Below are positions 44,584-54,863 of a DNA stretch of 64,000 nt, one piece after another (the first letter of the stretch is position 1; each line of letters begins with the position of its first letter). The notes beneath the pieces are model-generated. The model made no database searches, was not told the origin of the DNA, and saw only the letters and a list, made by a program, of their open reading frames with translations. Both the position numbers and the translations under genes were made by a program. Source of the stretch: an uncultured Actinomycetes bacterium. GTDB taxonomy: Bacteria; Actinomycetota; Thermoleophilia; UBA2241. The DNA lies in assembly GCA_963709345.1 (NCBI GenBank), contig CAVPVX010000011.1:224001-288000 (forward strand), written 5' to 3'.

Positions 44584-44697
44584 ATGCGTCGACATGCGAC
44601 AAGTGAGTCCGGCCGGGAGGCCCACATTGGGGTACGCGCCCGCGACCTCTCCCTCTTCGGCTGCCTGCTCCTCCTCCCCCCGCGGGGGGATGCGTAG
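44584..44697 (+). CDS. Leucine-rich leader peptide of the leu operon (37 aa)
   Basis: MRRHATSESGREAHIGVRARDLSLFGCLLLLPPRGDA*, with four tandem Leu codons, directly upstream of leuA. Confidence 0.75.
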   Translation: MRRHATSESGREAHIGVRARDLSLFGCLLLLPPRGDA

Positions 44698-44790
44698 ACA
44701 CCTGCGGCCTGCACGGCCATCTCTTGGATCACATCCGGATCCGCTGTTCCATCTGACGACGACGCGTGCCTTGGGAGGTGTAGGTGACTC

Positions 44791-46326
44791 GTGAGCACTG
44801 ACAGGTACATCAAGATCTTCGACACGACGCTGCGCGACGGCGAACAGGCGCCGGGCGCTACCTTGAACAGGGCCGAGAAGCTCGAGATAGCCCACCAGCT
44901 CGCCAAGCTGCGGGTGGACATCATCGAGGCCGGCTTCCCGATCGCCTCGCCCGACGACTTCGAGGCCGTCAAGGCGATCGCCACCGAGGTGCAGGGCCCG
45001 CGGGTCGCAGGCCTCGCGCGGGCCATCGAGCAAGACATCACGACCGCCTGGGACGCGGTGAAGGTGGCCGAGAGGCCACGAATCCACACCTTCATCAGCA
45101 CCAGCGCGGTACACATGAAGCACCAGATCAGGAAGACGCCGGAGCAGGTGCTCGCCGACACGCGCGCCATGGTGGGTTTGGCGCGCGACCTCGCGAGCAC
45201 CCACGCCGGCGCCGACGTCGAGTTCAGCGCCATGGACGCGAGTCGCTCCGAGCCCGCCTTCCTCGCCGAGGTGCTGGGCGTGGCCGTCGAGTGCGGCGCC
45301 ACGACCATCAACGTTCCGGACACGGTGGGCTACGCGCTGCCGATCGAGTTCGGCGAGTTCATCCTGCGGCTCTACGAGCTGTGTCCCTCACTGAGCGACG
45401 TCGACGTGAGCGTCCATTGCCACAACGACCTCGGGCTGGCCACCGCCAACTCCCTCGCCGCCGTGCGCGCCGGCGCGACGCAGGTGGAGTGCGCCGTCAA
45501 CGGCATCGGCGAGCGGGCCGGCAACGCCTCGCTCGAGGAGGTCGTGATGGCGATCCGTACGCGCCGCGACTCCTTTGTCTGCGAGACCGGCGTGGACACC
45601 ACTGAGATCGCCCGCACCAGCCGGCTGGTGAGCTCGCTCACCGGCTACCAGATCCAGCGCAACAAGGCGATCGTGGGGCGCAACGCGTTCGCCCACGAGA
45701 GCGGCATCCACCAGGCGGGCGTGCTCAGCGAGGCGTCCACCTTCGAGATCATGACGCCCGCCGACGTCGGTCTCACCGACAACGACATCGTGCTCGGCAA
45801 GCACTCCGGCCGGCACGCGCTGCGCGCCAAGCTGGCCGAGCTCGGCTACACGCTCTCGGACGCCGAGCTCAAGCTCGCCTTCGCGCGCTTCAAGGAGATC
45901 GCCGACAAGAAGAAGCAGGTCACCCTGCTCGACCTGGAGGCGCTCGTGAGCGAAGAGATCCGCGAGCGCGAGGATCAGTTCACCCTCCGCAGCTTCGTCA
46001 ACCAGTCGGGATCGTCGATCATCCCGACCAGCCAGGTCGAGGTCGAGGCGCGCGGCGAGGTCAAGAAGGGCCGCAGCTTCAGCAACGGCTCGGTCGAGAG
46101 CGTGTTTGCCGCCATCGACGACGCGGTCGGCATCAGCGGCAGTCTCGCGGACTATCAGGTACACGCGATCTCATCCGGGAAGGATTCGCTCGCCGAGGTG
46201 CGCGTCGCGGTGGAGGTCAACGGCCGTTCGTTCAACGGTCAGGCGGTCAGTTTCGATGTGATGGAAGCCTCGGCGAAGGCCTATGTGAGGGCCGTCAACA
46301 ACGCCGCGGCCGCAGGGGAGGTCTAG
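44791..46326 (+). CDS. leuA: 2-isopropylmalate synthase
   Basis: FDTTLRDGEQ, HCHNDLG, GERAGN and AHESGIHQ motifs. Confidence 0.96.
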   Translation: MSTDRYIKIFDTTLRDGEQAPGATLNRAEKLEIAHQLAKLRVDIIEAGFPIASPDDFEAVKAIATEVQGPRVAGLARAIEQDITTAWDAVKVAERPRIHTFISTSAVHMKHQIRKTPEQVLADTRAMVGLARDLASTHAGADVEFSAMDASRSEPAFLAEVLGVAVECGATTINVPDTVGYALPIEFGEFILRLYELCPSLSDVDVSVHCHNDLGLATANSLAAVRAGATQVECAVNGIGERAGNASLEEVVMAIRTRRDSFVCETGVDTTEIARTSRLVSSLTGYQIQRNKAIVGRNAFAHESGIHQAGVLSEASTFEIMTPADVGLTDNDIVLGKHSGRHALRAKLAELGYTLSDAELKLAFARFKEIADKKKQVTLLDLEALVSEEIREREDQFTLRSFVNQSGSSIIPTSQVEVEARGEVKKGRSFSNGSVESVFAAIDDAVGISGSLADYQVHAISSGKDSLAEVRVAVEVNGRSFNGQAVSFDVMEASAKAYVRAVNNAAAAGEV

Positions 46327-47625
46327 ATGGGTTCAACGATCACTGAGAAGATCCTCGCCCGCGCCGCGGGCGCGGGCGAGGTCCATGCCGGCGATATCAT
46401 CGAGGCGAAGGTCGACCTCGCGCTGGCCAACGACATCACCGCGCCGCTGGCGATCGCGGAGTTCGAGAAGGCCGGGTTCACCAAGGTCTGGGATCCGGCC
46501 CGCATCGCGCTCGTGCCCGACCACTTCACGCCCAACAAAGACATCAAGGCGGCGGCCCAGAGCAAGCTGATGCGCGAGTTCGCGCGCAGGCACGAGATCG
46601 TCAACTACTTCGAGGTCGGGCGCGTAGGCATCGAGCACGTGCTGCTCCCCGACACCGGCATGGTGGCGCCGGGCGACGTCGTCATCGGCGCCGACAGCCA
46701 CACCTGCACCTACGGCGCCGTGGCCGCCTTCAGCACCGGCATGGGCAGCACCGACTTCGCCGCCGCCATGGCCTGGGGCCACACGTGGCTGCGCGTGCCC
46801 CAGAGCATCAAGTTCGTCTACTCGGGCCGCCCGCAGCCGTGGGTCACGGGCAAGGACCTGATCCTGCACACCATCGGCCTGATCGGCGTCGACGGGGCGC
46901 TCTACCAGGCGATGGAGTTCACCGGCGAGGCCATCGAGGCGCTCTCCATGGACGAACGCTTCACGATGTGCAACATGGCGATCGAGGCCGGCGGCAAGAA
47001 CGGCATCGTCGGCTTCGACGAGAAGACGACGCGGTACCTGCAGTCCCGGCCGGAAGGCAGCCGCGCACGGACCGCCGGCACGGTGTTCGCCAGCGACGCC
47101 GACGCCGACTACGCGCGCGTGCTCGAGATCGACGCCTCCGTCGTGCCGCTCACCGTGAGCAAGCCGCACCTGCCGAGCAACGCCGCGGCTGCGGCCGACC
47201 TGGCGGGCATCGCCATCGACCAGGTGGTGATCGGCAGCTGCACCAACGGCCGCCTCGAGGACCTGCGTCAGGCCGCCTCCATCCTGCGCGGCAAGAAGGT
47301 GCACCCGGGCGTACGCTGCATCATCCTGCCGGGCACGCAGCAGGTGAGCCTGGACGCGATCGCCGACGGCACCATGCAGACCCTCATCGAGGCCGGCTGC
47401 GCCTTCAGCACGCCCACCTGCGGCGCCTGCCTCGGCGGTCACATGGGCGTCCTCGCCGACGGCGAGCGCGCCGTCGCCACCACGAACCGCAACTTCGTCG
47501 GCCGCATGGGCCACCCGGGCGCCGAGGTCTACCTCGCGAGCCCGTACGTGGCCGCCGCCTCGGCGCTGGCCGGCCATGTCGCCACGCCCGAAGAAGTCGG
47601 CGCGGAGCAGGGAGGGTCGCGATGA
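46327..47625 (+). CDS. leuC: 3-isopropylmalate dehydratase large subunit
   Basis: GADSHT, GSCTNGR, CGACLG and TNRNF motifs. Confidence 0.96.
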   Translation: MGSTITEKILARAAGAGEVHAGDIIEAKVDLALANDITAPLAIAEFEKAGFTKVWDPARIALVPDHFTPNKDIKAAAQSKLMREFARRHEIVNYFEVGRVGIEHVLLPDTGMVAPGDVVIGADSHTCTYGAVAAFSTGMGSTDFAAAMAWGHTWLRVPQSIKFVYSGRPQPWVTGKDLILHTIGLIGVDGALYQAMEFTGEAIEALSMDERFTMCNMAIEAGGKNGIVGFDEKTTRYLQSRPEGSRARTAGTVFASDADADYARVLEIDASVVPLTVSKPHLPSNAAAAADLAGIAIDQVVIGSCTNGRLEDLRQAASILRGKKVHPGVRCIILPGTQQVSLDAIADGTMQTLIEAGCAFSTPTCGACLGGHMGVLADGERAVATTNRNFVGRMGHPGAEVYLASPYVAAASALAGHVATPEEVGAEQGGSR

Positions 47626-48125
47626 TCTTCGAGGGCGCCGTCCACAAGTACGGCCGCGACGTCGACACCGACGTCATCATCCCGGCCCGCTACCTCAACA
47701 CCAGCGACCCGGACGAGCTCGCGACGCACGCCATGGAGGACATCGACGCCGGCTTCGTCAGCCGGGTGCAGCCCGGCGACATCATCGTCGCCACCGAGAA
47801 CTTCGGCTGCGGCAGCTCGCGCGAGCACGCGCCGGTGGCCATCAGGTACTCAGGCGTCAGTTGCGTCGTCGCCTCGTCGTTCGCGCGCATCTTCTACCGC
47901 AACGCCATCAACACCGGCCTGCCGATCGTAGTCTGCCCCACGGCCGCCGAGGAGGCCCGCATGGGCGACCGCCTCAAGGTCGACCTCGCCGCCGGCACCG
48001 TCGAGAACCTCACGCAGGGCACGAAGTACGACGCCGAGGCGTTCCCGCCGTTCATGCAGGAGCTCATCGACCGTGGCGGCCTGCTCGAGTACGTGAAATC
48101 GCGCGTGGGCGGAGAGGGCGCGTAA
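47622..48125 (+). CDS. leuD: 3-isopropylmalate dehydratase small subunit
   Basis: [22 protein letters not shown] and SFARIFYRN motifs. Confidence 0.96.
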   Translation: MIFEGAVHKYGRDVDTDVIIPARYLNTSDPDELATHAMEDIDAGFVSRVQPGDIIVATENFGCGSSREHAPVAIRYSGVSCVVASSFARIFYRNAINTGLPIVVCPTAAEEARMGDRLKVDLAAGTVENLTQGTKYDAEAFPPFMQELIDRGGLLEYVKSRVGGEGA

Positions 48126-48169
48126 GCGCCGCCGCCATGCCTGAACGTCCAGTATCGGAGAGAAGGACC

Positions 48170-49252
48170 ATGGGGAAGACGTACAAGATCGCAGTCATGC
48201 CGGGCGACGGCACCGGGCCCGAGGTCGTGGCCGAGGGCCTCAAGGCCCTGGAGGCCGCTGCCGCGAAGCACGACTTCAAGCTCGACCTCACGCACTACGA
48301 CTTCGGCGGCGAGCGCTACCTGCGCACCGGCGAGATCCTGCCGGCGTCGGCCGTCGGCGAGCTCAAGGGATCCGACTCGATCTACCTCGGCGCCGTAGGG
48401 CACCCGGACGTCGAGCCCGGCATCCTGGAGAAGGGCCTCCTCCTGCGCCTGCGCTTCGAGTTGGACCAGTACATCAACCTGCGTCCCGTGCGTCTCTACC
48501 CGGGCGTCGAGACTCCGCTGAAGGACAAGGGCCCGAAGGACATCGACTACACCGTGGTCCGGGAGAACTCCGGCGACATGTACGCGGGCGGCGGCGGCAT
48601 CATGATGAAGGACACGCCGCACGAGGTCGCCGTGCAGAACATGCTGTACAGCCGCGCCCAGGTCGACCGCTGTCTGCGCTGGGCGTTCGAGTACACACGC
48701 AAGCATGGCAAGAAGTCACGCGGCATCGGCCCGGACAACACTCTCGGACTGGTGGGCAAGACCAACGTCCTCACGTTCGTCTACGACCTCTGGAACCGCC
48801 GCTTCAACGAGATCGGCGAAGAGGAGTACCCGGACGTCAAGCGCGAGTACTACCACGTGGACGCCACCTGCATGTGGATGGTCAAGAGCCCGGAGTGGTT
48901 CGACGTCCTCGTGACCGGCAACATGTTCGGCGACATCATCACCGACCTGGGCGCGATCACCCAGGGTGGCATGGGCGTCGCGGCCGGTGGCAACATCAAC
49001 CCCGAGGGCGTCAGCATGTTCGAGCCCATCGGCGGTTCGGCGCCCAAGTACACCGGTCTGGGTGTGATCAACCCCGTCGCGGCCATCGTGGCCGGCTCCA
49101 TGATGCTCGACACCCTGGGCGAGAGCCAGGCGGCGCAGGATGTGGAGCGCGCCGTGACCGAGGTCACCGGCACGAAGATGAAGGGCATGGCCTCCGGCCA
49201 GATGGGCTACTCGACGAGCGAGGTCGGCGACCTCGTGGCCGAGCGCGTCTGA
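48170..49252 (+). CDS. leuB: 3-isopropylmalate dehydrogenase
   Basis: PGDGTGPEV, NLRP, NMFGDIITD and FEPIGGSAP motifs. Confidence 0.93.
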   Translation: MGKTYKIAVMPGDGTGPEVVAEGLKALEAAAAKHDFKLDLTHYDFGGERYLRTGEILPASAVGELKGSDSIYLGAVGHPDVEPGILEKGLLLRLRFELDQYINLRPVRLYPGVETPLKDKGPKDIDYTVVRENSGDMYAGGGGIMMKDTPHEVAVQNMLYSRAQVDRCLRWAFEYTRKHGKKSRGIGPDNTLGLVGKTNVLTFVYDLWNRRFNEIGEEEYPDVKREYYHVDATCMWMVKSPEWFDVLVTGNMFGDIITDLGAITQGGMGVAAGGNINPEGVSMFEPIGGSAPKYTGLGVINPVAAIVAGSMMLDTLGESQAAQDVERAVTEVTGTKMKGMASGQMGYSTSEVGDLVAERV

Positions 49253-49336
49253 GCCAGTACGGGAGGCTGCCTTAACCCTTAGGTCGAGGTTGAAGGTATC
49301 GCGCGGAGTCCGCGCAGAAGGAACAGGAGGAAGACG

Positions 49337-50260
49337 ATGGCCTCGATCCCGGAGGTTGACACGATCTGGATGGACGGCGAGCTCGTGCCATGGGCGGACG
49401 CCAAGGTCCACGTGCTCTCGCACGCCCTGCACTACGGCTCCGGCGTCTTCGAGGGCATCCGCGCCTACCACACGCCGAAGGGGCCGGCCGTCTTCCGCCT
49501 CGAGGAGCACCTCAAGCGTCTCGTCCGCTCCGCCAAGCTCTACTACATGCCGGTGCCGTACAGCCTCGAGCGGCTCTACGACGCGACCTTCGCGGTGATC
49601 GAGGGCAACGGGCTCGAGCACTGCTACATCCGCCCGATCATCTTTCGTGGGTACGGCGAGATGGGTCTCTTCCCTCTCAACGCCCCGGTCGAGGTGGTCA
49701 TCGCCGCCTGGCCGTGGGGAGCCTACCTCGGCGAAGAGGGCATCGAGCGGGGCATCCGCGCCAAGATCTCGAGCATCCAGTCGCTCGACCACACGGCCCT
49801 GGCCCGCGCCGCCAAGGCAACGGGCCAGTACCTGAACAGCATCCTCGCCAAGGTCGAGGTCACCAACGCCGGCTACGACGAGGCGATCATGCTGACGGGC
49901 CACGGCCACGTCGCCGAGGGTTCGGGCGAGAACATCTTCGTGGTGCGCAACGGCGTGCTCATGACGCCGCCGCCGAGCGACGGCGTGCTCGAGGGCATCA
50001 CGCGTGACTCCGTCATGCAGATCGCGCGCGCCGAGGGTATCGAGGTGCAGGAGCGCACGCTGGCGCGCAGCGACCTGGTGATAGCCGACGAGCTCTTCTT
50101 CACCGGCACCGCCGCGGAGATCGTCCCGATCCGCGAGGTCGACGACCAGTTCGTCGGCGAACCCGGCCCCATCACGCGGCGTGTGCAGGAGCGCTTCCGC
50201 GCCATCGTCGAGGGCAGGGACGAGGAGTTCGGCCACTACATGGAGTACGCGAGGGACTGA
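49337..50260 (+). CDS. ilvE: Branched-chain amino acid aminotransferase
   Basis: LHYGSGVFEGIR, AKATGQY, EGSGENIF, LEGITR and GTAAE motifs. Confidence 0.96.
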   Translation: MASIPEVDTIWMDGELVPWADAKVHVLSHALHYGSGVFEGIRAYHTPKGPAVFRLEEHLKRLVRSAKLYYMPVPYSLERLYDATFAVIEGNGLEHCYIRPIIFRGYGEMGLFPLNAPVEVVIAAWPWGAYLGEEGIERGIRAKISSIQSLDHTALARAAKATGQYLNSILAKVEVTNAGYDEAIMLTGHGHVAEGSGENIFVVRNGVLMTPPPSDGVLEGITRDSVMQIARAEGIEVQERTLARSDLVIADELFFTGTAAEIVPIREVDDQFVGEPGPITRRVQERFRAIVEGRDEEFGHYMEYARD

Positions 50261-50301
50261 CGATCGGCCGGCGTCCGGGCGCCGGCCGCGGGGAGGACCC
50301 G

Positions 50302-51879
50302 ATGCACGAGCGGCAGGTACAACTCTACGACACCACCTTGCGGGACGGCATGCAGCAGGAAGGCATGTCGGTATCGGTCGAAGAGAAGGTGCGCATCGCG
50401 CTCAAGCTCGACGAGCTCGGCATCGGGTTCATCGAGGGCGGCTTTCCCGCGTCCAACCCCAAGGAGATGGAGTTCTTCCGGCGGATGCGCGACGAGCGGC
50501 TCGCGACTGCCGAGCTCGTCGCCTTCGGCATGACGCGGCGCAAGGGCGTGCCGGCCGAGGCCGACGACAACCTCCGGGTGCTCGCCGAGGTGTTCACGCC
50601 CACGGTCACCATCGTCGGCAAGACGTGGGGGCTGCACCTGAGCAAGGTCATCCGCGTGAGCCGCGACGAGAACCTGCGCATGATCGACGAGTCGGTGCGC
50701 TTTCTCACGGCGCAGGGCAAGAGCGTCGTGTACGACGCCGAGCACTTCTTCGACGCGTGGCGCGACGACCGCGAGTACGCGCTGCGGTGCGTCACCGCGG
50801 CCGCCGAAGCGGGCGCCGCGGTGCTCTGCCTCTGTGACACCAACGGGGCGTCGTTGCCGCCGCTGGTCGCGGACGTGGTCCGCGAGGTCACGGCGGCCCT
50901 CGGCGGCGCGCTCGTCGGTGTGCACGTCCACAACGATGGCGACTGCGCGGTCGCGAACAGCCTCGTTGCGGTGGAGGCCGGCGCCCGCCACGTCCAGGGC
51001 ACGGTGAACGGGTACGGCGAGCGCTGCGGCAACGCCAACCTCATCAGCATCATCCCGGCGCTCAAGCTCAAGATGGGGTACGACGTGGTGAGCGATGATC
51101 AGCTGCGGCGGCTCACCGAGACATCCCACTTCGTCGCCGACGTCGTCAACGCGGCCATCTGGGCGCACGCGCCCTACGTGGGCCGCTCGGCCTTCGCCCA
51201 CAAGGGCGGTCTGCACGTGGCGGCGGTCGAGAAAGCTCCCGAGACCTTCGAGCACGTCGACCCGGGGAGCGTGGGCAACGAGCAGCGCGTCGTGATCTCG
51301 GAGCTGTCCGGCAAGGGCGCGGTGATCCGCAGGGCGCACGAGCTGGGCCTGCAGATCGAGGGCGACGACGCGCGCGTCGCCATGGTGCTCAAGCGCCTCA
51401 AGGCGCGCGAACACGAGGGCTACCACTACGAGGCCGCGGACGCGTCGTTCGACCTGCTCCTGCGCGAGGAGCTCGCGCCGCACGACCCACTGTTCCGCCT
51501 CGAGAGCTTCCGCGTCATCGTCGAGAAGCGGGAGGACGGCAAGGCGGTCGTCGAGGCGACGATCAAGGTGCACGTGGGCGACGAGCGCATCATCAGCACG
51601 GCCGAGGGCAACGGGCCCGTCAACGCCCTCGACACGGCGCTGCGACAGGCGATCGTGGGCAAGTACCCGCACCTCGCCGACATCGAGCTGGTCAACTACA
51701 AGGTGCGCATCCTCGACGAGACCAAGGGCACCGGCGCCGTCACCCGCGTGCTGCTCGACGCCAGCGACGGCGAGGAGAGCTGGGGCAGCATCGGCCTGAG
51801 CGAGAACATCATCGAGGCGAGCTGGGAGGCACTGGTCGACTCGATCGAGTTCGGGATGCTGCGGGGCGCGGGGGAGTGA
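50302..51879 (+). CDS. cimA: Citramalate synthase
   Basis: YDTTLRDG, YDAEHFFD, CDTNG, AHKGGLH and GNGPVNALD motifs. Confidence 0.93.
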   Translation: MHERQVQLYDTTLRDGMQQEGMSVSVEEKVRIALKLDELGIGFIEGGFPASNPKEMEFFRRMRDERLATAELVAFGMTRRKGVPAEADDNLRVLAEVFTPTVTIVGKTWGLHLSKVIRVSRDENLRMIDESVRFLTAQGKSVVYDAEHFFDAWRDDREYALRCVTAAAEAGAAVLCLCDTNGASLPPLVADVVREVTAALGGALVGVHVHNDGDCAVANSLVAVEAGARHVQGTVNGYGERCGNANLISIIPALKLKMGYDVVSDDQLRRLTETSHFVADVVNAAIWAHAPYVGRSAFAHKGGLHVAAVEKAPETFEHVDPGSVGNEQRVVISELSGKGAVIRRAHELGLQIEGDDARVAMVLKRLKAREHEGYHYEAADASFDLLLREELAPHDPLFRLESFRVIVEKREDGKAVVEATIKVHVGDERIISTAEGNGPVNALDTALRQAIVGKYPHLADIELVNYKVRILDETKGTGAVTRVLLDASDGEESWGSIGLSENIIEASWEALVDSIEFGMLRGAGE

Positions 51880-52676
51880 GCGGCGTCGGCGTCTTGGGCG
51901 GCGCTCCTGTGACGCCTCCGGTCGGGGCCTTCGGTCGCGTCCTTGTGGCGGATCACGCCTGGCACTGCCTATTCACCGACGACCGCGTCGAGCTGTTCGA
52001 CCGGCCGGCGTGGGATTCATTGGCCACGCTGGTCGCGGACGCTGATCCGAAGAAGACGCTGCTGCTCGCGCCCGTCGTCCCTGGCAAGATCGTCGCCGTG
52101 GGACTCAACTACCGTGCGCACGCCGAGGAGCTGCGCATGGAGACCAAGGCCGAGCCCATCCTCTTCATGAAACCGCGCACGGCGGTGATCGGGCCGGGGA
52201 AAGCCGTCGTCCGCCCGGCCCGCTCGCTGCAGGTCGACTACGAGGCCGAGCTGGTCGTCGTGATCGGCCGGCGCTGCAAGGGCGTCTCGCCGGCCGACGC
52301 CGCCGATTTCGTCGCCGGCTACACCTGCGGCAACGACGTCACCGCTCGCGACCTGCAGAAGGTGGACGGGCAGTGGACGCGCGCCAAGAGCTTCGACACC
52401 TTCTGCCCGCTCGGGCCGTGGATCGTGCCGGAGGCGCCGGGAGCCGGCGCGCGCGTGAGCGCGCGCCTCGACGGCGCCGAGGCCCAGCACGGCCTGGTCG
52501 GCGACATGATCGTCTCGCCGCTGGAGCTCCTTGCGTTCGTGAGCGGCGTCATGACGCTCGAGCCCGGCGACGTCCTCATGACCGGCACGCCGCCGGGCGT
52601 CGGCCCGCTCGCCGCCGGCCAGACGGTGACGATCACCGTCGAGGGCGTCGGGGAGCTGAGCAACCCCGTCACCTGA
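51876..52676 (+). CDS. Fumarylacetoacetate hydrolase family protein
   Basis: GLNY, DYEAEL, NDVTARD, KSFDTFCPLGP and TGTP motifs. Confidence 0.9.
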   Translation: MSGVGVLGGAPVTPPVGAFGRVLVADHAWHCLFTDDRVELFDRPAWDSLATLVADADPKKTLLLAPVVPGKIVAVGLNYRAHAEELRMETKAEPILFMKPRTAVIGPGKAVVRPARSLQVDYEAELVVVIGRRCKGVSPADAADFVAGYTCGNDVTARDLQKVDGQWTRAKSFDTFCPLGPWIVPEAPGAGARVSARLDGAEAQHGLVGDMIVSPLELLAFVSGVMTLEPGDVLMTGTPPGVGPLAAGQTVTITVEGVGELSNPVT

Positions 52677-52827
52677 CGCGGGTGGGCGAGGACCACGCGG
52701 CCCAGATCGTCGTTCATGGTCCGCCTCCTGTGAGGGAGATCCGTTCAACCAACGCGGTGGGTGTACCCGGCGCGCAGAGAGCGAAGCGCCCAAGGACCGG
52801 CGGCGCCCCCGCCGTCTCTCGGTCGGA

Positions 52828-53142
52828 CTACCCGAGGCCGGACCCGCCGCTCTTGGCGTGGGCCGCGGCGGCCTCCAGAGGCACGATCTGGGTCGTCACC
52901 CTCATGCCCAGAGCAAAGGCGAGCTTGCCCATGGTCGCTGCGGTGAGGTTGCACTCGCCGGCGAGCACGCGCGAGACCCAGGCCCGTGACGTGCCCATGC
53001 GACGGGCCAGCTCGGCGCCACTGACTCCCTTGGCGTCCATCTCGGCGACCAGCGCGTCGATGAGCTCGAGCGTCATGAGGTAGCTCCAGTACTCGGGATG
53101 CTGCCGCGCCAGCGTCGCGTGCTCATCGAAGGTCGGCGCCAT
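52828..53142 (-). CDS. XRE-family HTH antitoxin (HigA-like)
   Basis: ELARRMGTSRAWVSRVLAGECNLT; translationally coupled to the toxin gene. Confidence 0.8.
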   Translation of the reverse strand: MAPTFDEHATLARQHPEYWSYLMTLELIDALVAEMDAKGVSGAELARRMGTSRAWVSRVLAGECNLTAATMGKLAFALGMRVTTQIVPLEAAAAHAKSGGSGLG

Positions 53143-53543
53143 CACGCTCCTATCTCGACAACGATGTCGCCGACGGCCGAGGCGGCGAGGTAGTCCGTGC
53201 GGAGATGCTGTGCACGCCGGACGATCCCCCGGAGCTCGCGCGGTTTGGGCTTCCTGCAGAGCTCGCTGCACACGATGAGCCGCCGCTGCTCGAAGAAGAA
53301 GACGAGCCGGAACCCTCGAGGCGTCTTGAGCTCGAAGATGCCCTCGCCGAGGTGTCGCGACCGGCGCTCGTCTCTCGGTGGTCCGGCGAGAGCGATCTTG
53401 CCCAGCAAGGCGAGGAGTTGAGCATGGGCCGCTCGGTCGGTGACCGCGACTGCATCAAGCGCCTCCCTGATGGAACAGCGACCGCGACCATCGACCACGG
53501 CGGCGATGATCCACGTGCTGCTCGAGATGACAGTGAGCCGCAT
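53142..53543 (-). CDS. RelE/ParE-superfamily (Gp49/HigB-like) toxin
   Basis: HLGEGIFELK...FRLVFFF...RKPKP; toxin-first gene order. Confidence 0.78.
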   Translation of the reverse strand: MRLTVISSSTWIIAAVVDGRGRCSIREALDAVAVTDRAAHAQLLALLGKIALAGPPRDERRSRHLGEGIFELKTPRGFRLVFFFEQRRLIVCSELCRKPKPRELRGIVRRAQHLRTDYLAASAVGDIVVEIGA

Positions 53544-53561
53544 GTTAACTCATAAGTTGAC
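53544..53561. promoter_or_regulatory. Putative toxin-antitoxin operator
   Basis: GTTAACT-CATA-AGTTGAC near-palindrome abutting the toxin ATG. Confidence 0.55.
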
Positions 53562-53744
53562 GCGGCGCAAAGCTTGGACACTGTCCCGCGTTGGAGTATC
53601 GACGTGCCGGCGACACGGGAAACTGGTTCATGGAGTCCTCACGACGCCAGCGTATGCCGGCCGCACCACGCGTCAGGATGACGAAAGTGGGGCGGGGTGG
53701 ACGTTGCGGGGTGGCGGCGCGGCAGTGCTCGCGCGGCGCGCCGG

Positions 53745-54854
53745 TCAAGCAGAAGCGACCTGCCCGCGGCCACGCCACCCGGCGTCCAGACGCGCGTACC
53801 CGAGCGCGAGAAGGTGGCTCGCGACCAGGATCGGCACCCCGAGCAGCGCGGCGACCCATGACGGCTGGTCGAACACACCGAGGCCGATCGCGAGCCAGCC
53901 GATCAGTACCCACTGGATCAGGTAGACGGCGGTGATGTTGCGGCTCAGCGAGGTCAGGTAGCGCGGCACGATGCGCCACGAAAGGCGGCCGTCCAGCCAC
54001 CACAGGAGCGGCAGCCAGAGCAGGACGAAGCCCGCCAGCAGCAACTGCACCGGCAGGCCGCTGCGGTAGTAGTCGCCGAAGGCGAGGATCTCGCCGGGGC
54101 CGGGAGCAAAGGGGAGGAGCGCTACGCCGGCCAGAGCCGCACCGCAGCCTGCGAGCGCCCAGCCCCGCATCAGCCGGCGCGCGGAAGAGGCACGGGCGGC
54201 GAACCCGGCCAGAGAGAGGCCGAGCAGTGGGTAGGCGAGCCACGGGAAGAGCGGGAACGACACCCAGTCGCCGAGCCCCCACAGCGGGTCGAGGGCGACG
54301 TTCCCGCCGCCGACCCCCCACAGGAGCGGCGCGACGACCGCCACCACCGCCGCCAGCGCCAGGACGAGGCGCGGGTCGCGCGCGTACCGCTTGACCGGTC
54401 CGAGGACGATGAGCGAGAGGCCGGCGAGCTGGAGGATGTCGATCTCGAAGAGCGGCCCCCACCAGGTGCCGCCGAAGGCGTCGATGGCGCGCGCGTCGCC
54501 GCTCACCAGCAGCGGCACGGAGAAGCGCACCAGGTTGAGCAAGTAGCCGAGCGCGAACAGCTGCAGCCCGCGCACGACGCCCTCGCGCACTCCGGTGCGG
54601 GACGAGCTGCCGAACAGGAAGCCCATCGCGACCATGAAGACCGGCGCGGCGGGGGCGGTGCCGAGGAGCAGGAAGGTCACGCCGAGCACCGAGTCCTCGC
54701 CGGAGCCCACGGCGAAGATGATCTGGACGTGCTGGAAGACCATGAAGACGATGGCCAGCCCGCGGGCGAGGTCGAGAAAGCGGAGTCGGCCGTCGGTGGT
54801 GAGCAGCGGTCCGAACGCTCGACGAGGACCAGGGCCCGGGGTCGGCCGGCTCAT
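53745..54854 (-). CDS. DUF1624 / HGSNAT-like membrane acyltransferase
   Basis: LDLARGLAIVFM, AAPVF, DILQLAG and FPLFPW motifs. Confidence 0.8.
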   Translation of the reverse strand: MSRPTPGPGPRRAFGPLLTTDGRLRFLDLARGLAIVFMVFQHVQIIFAVGSGEDSVLGVTFLLLGTAPAAPVFMVAMGFLFGSSSRTGVREGVVRGLQLFALGYLLNLVRFSVPLLVSGDARAIDAFGGTWWGPLFEIDILQLAGLSLIVLGPVKRYARDPRLVLALAAVVAVVAPLLWGVGGGNVALDPLWGLGDWVSFPLFPWLAYPLLGLSLAGFAARASSARRLMRGWALAGCGAALAGVALLPFAPGPGEILAFGDYYRSGLPVQLLLAGFVLLWLPLLWWLDGRLSWRIVPRYLTSLSRNITAVYLIQWVLIGWLAIGLGVFDQPSWVAALLGVPILVASHLLALGYARLDAGWRGRGQVASA

Positions 54855-54863
54855 CGTGCGACG

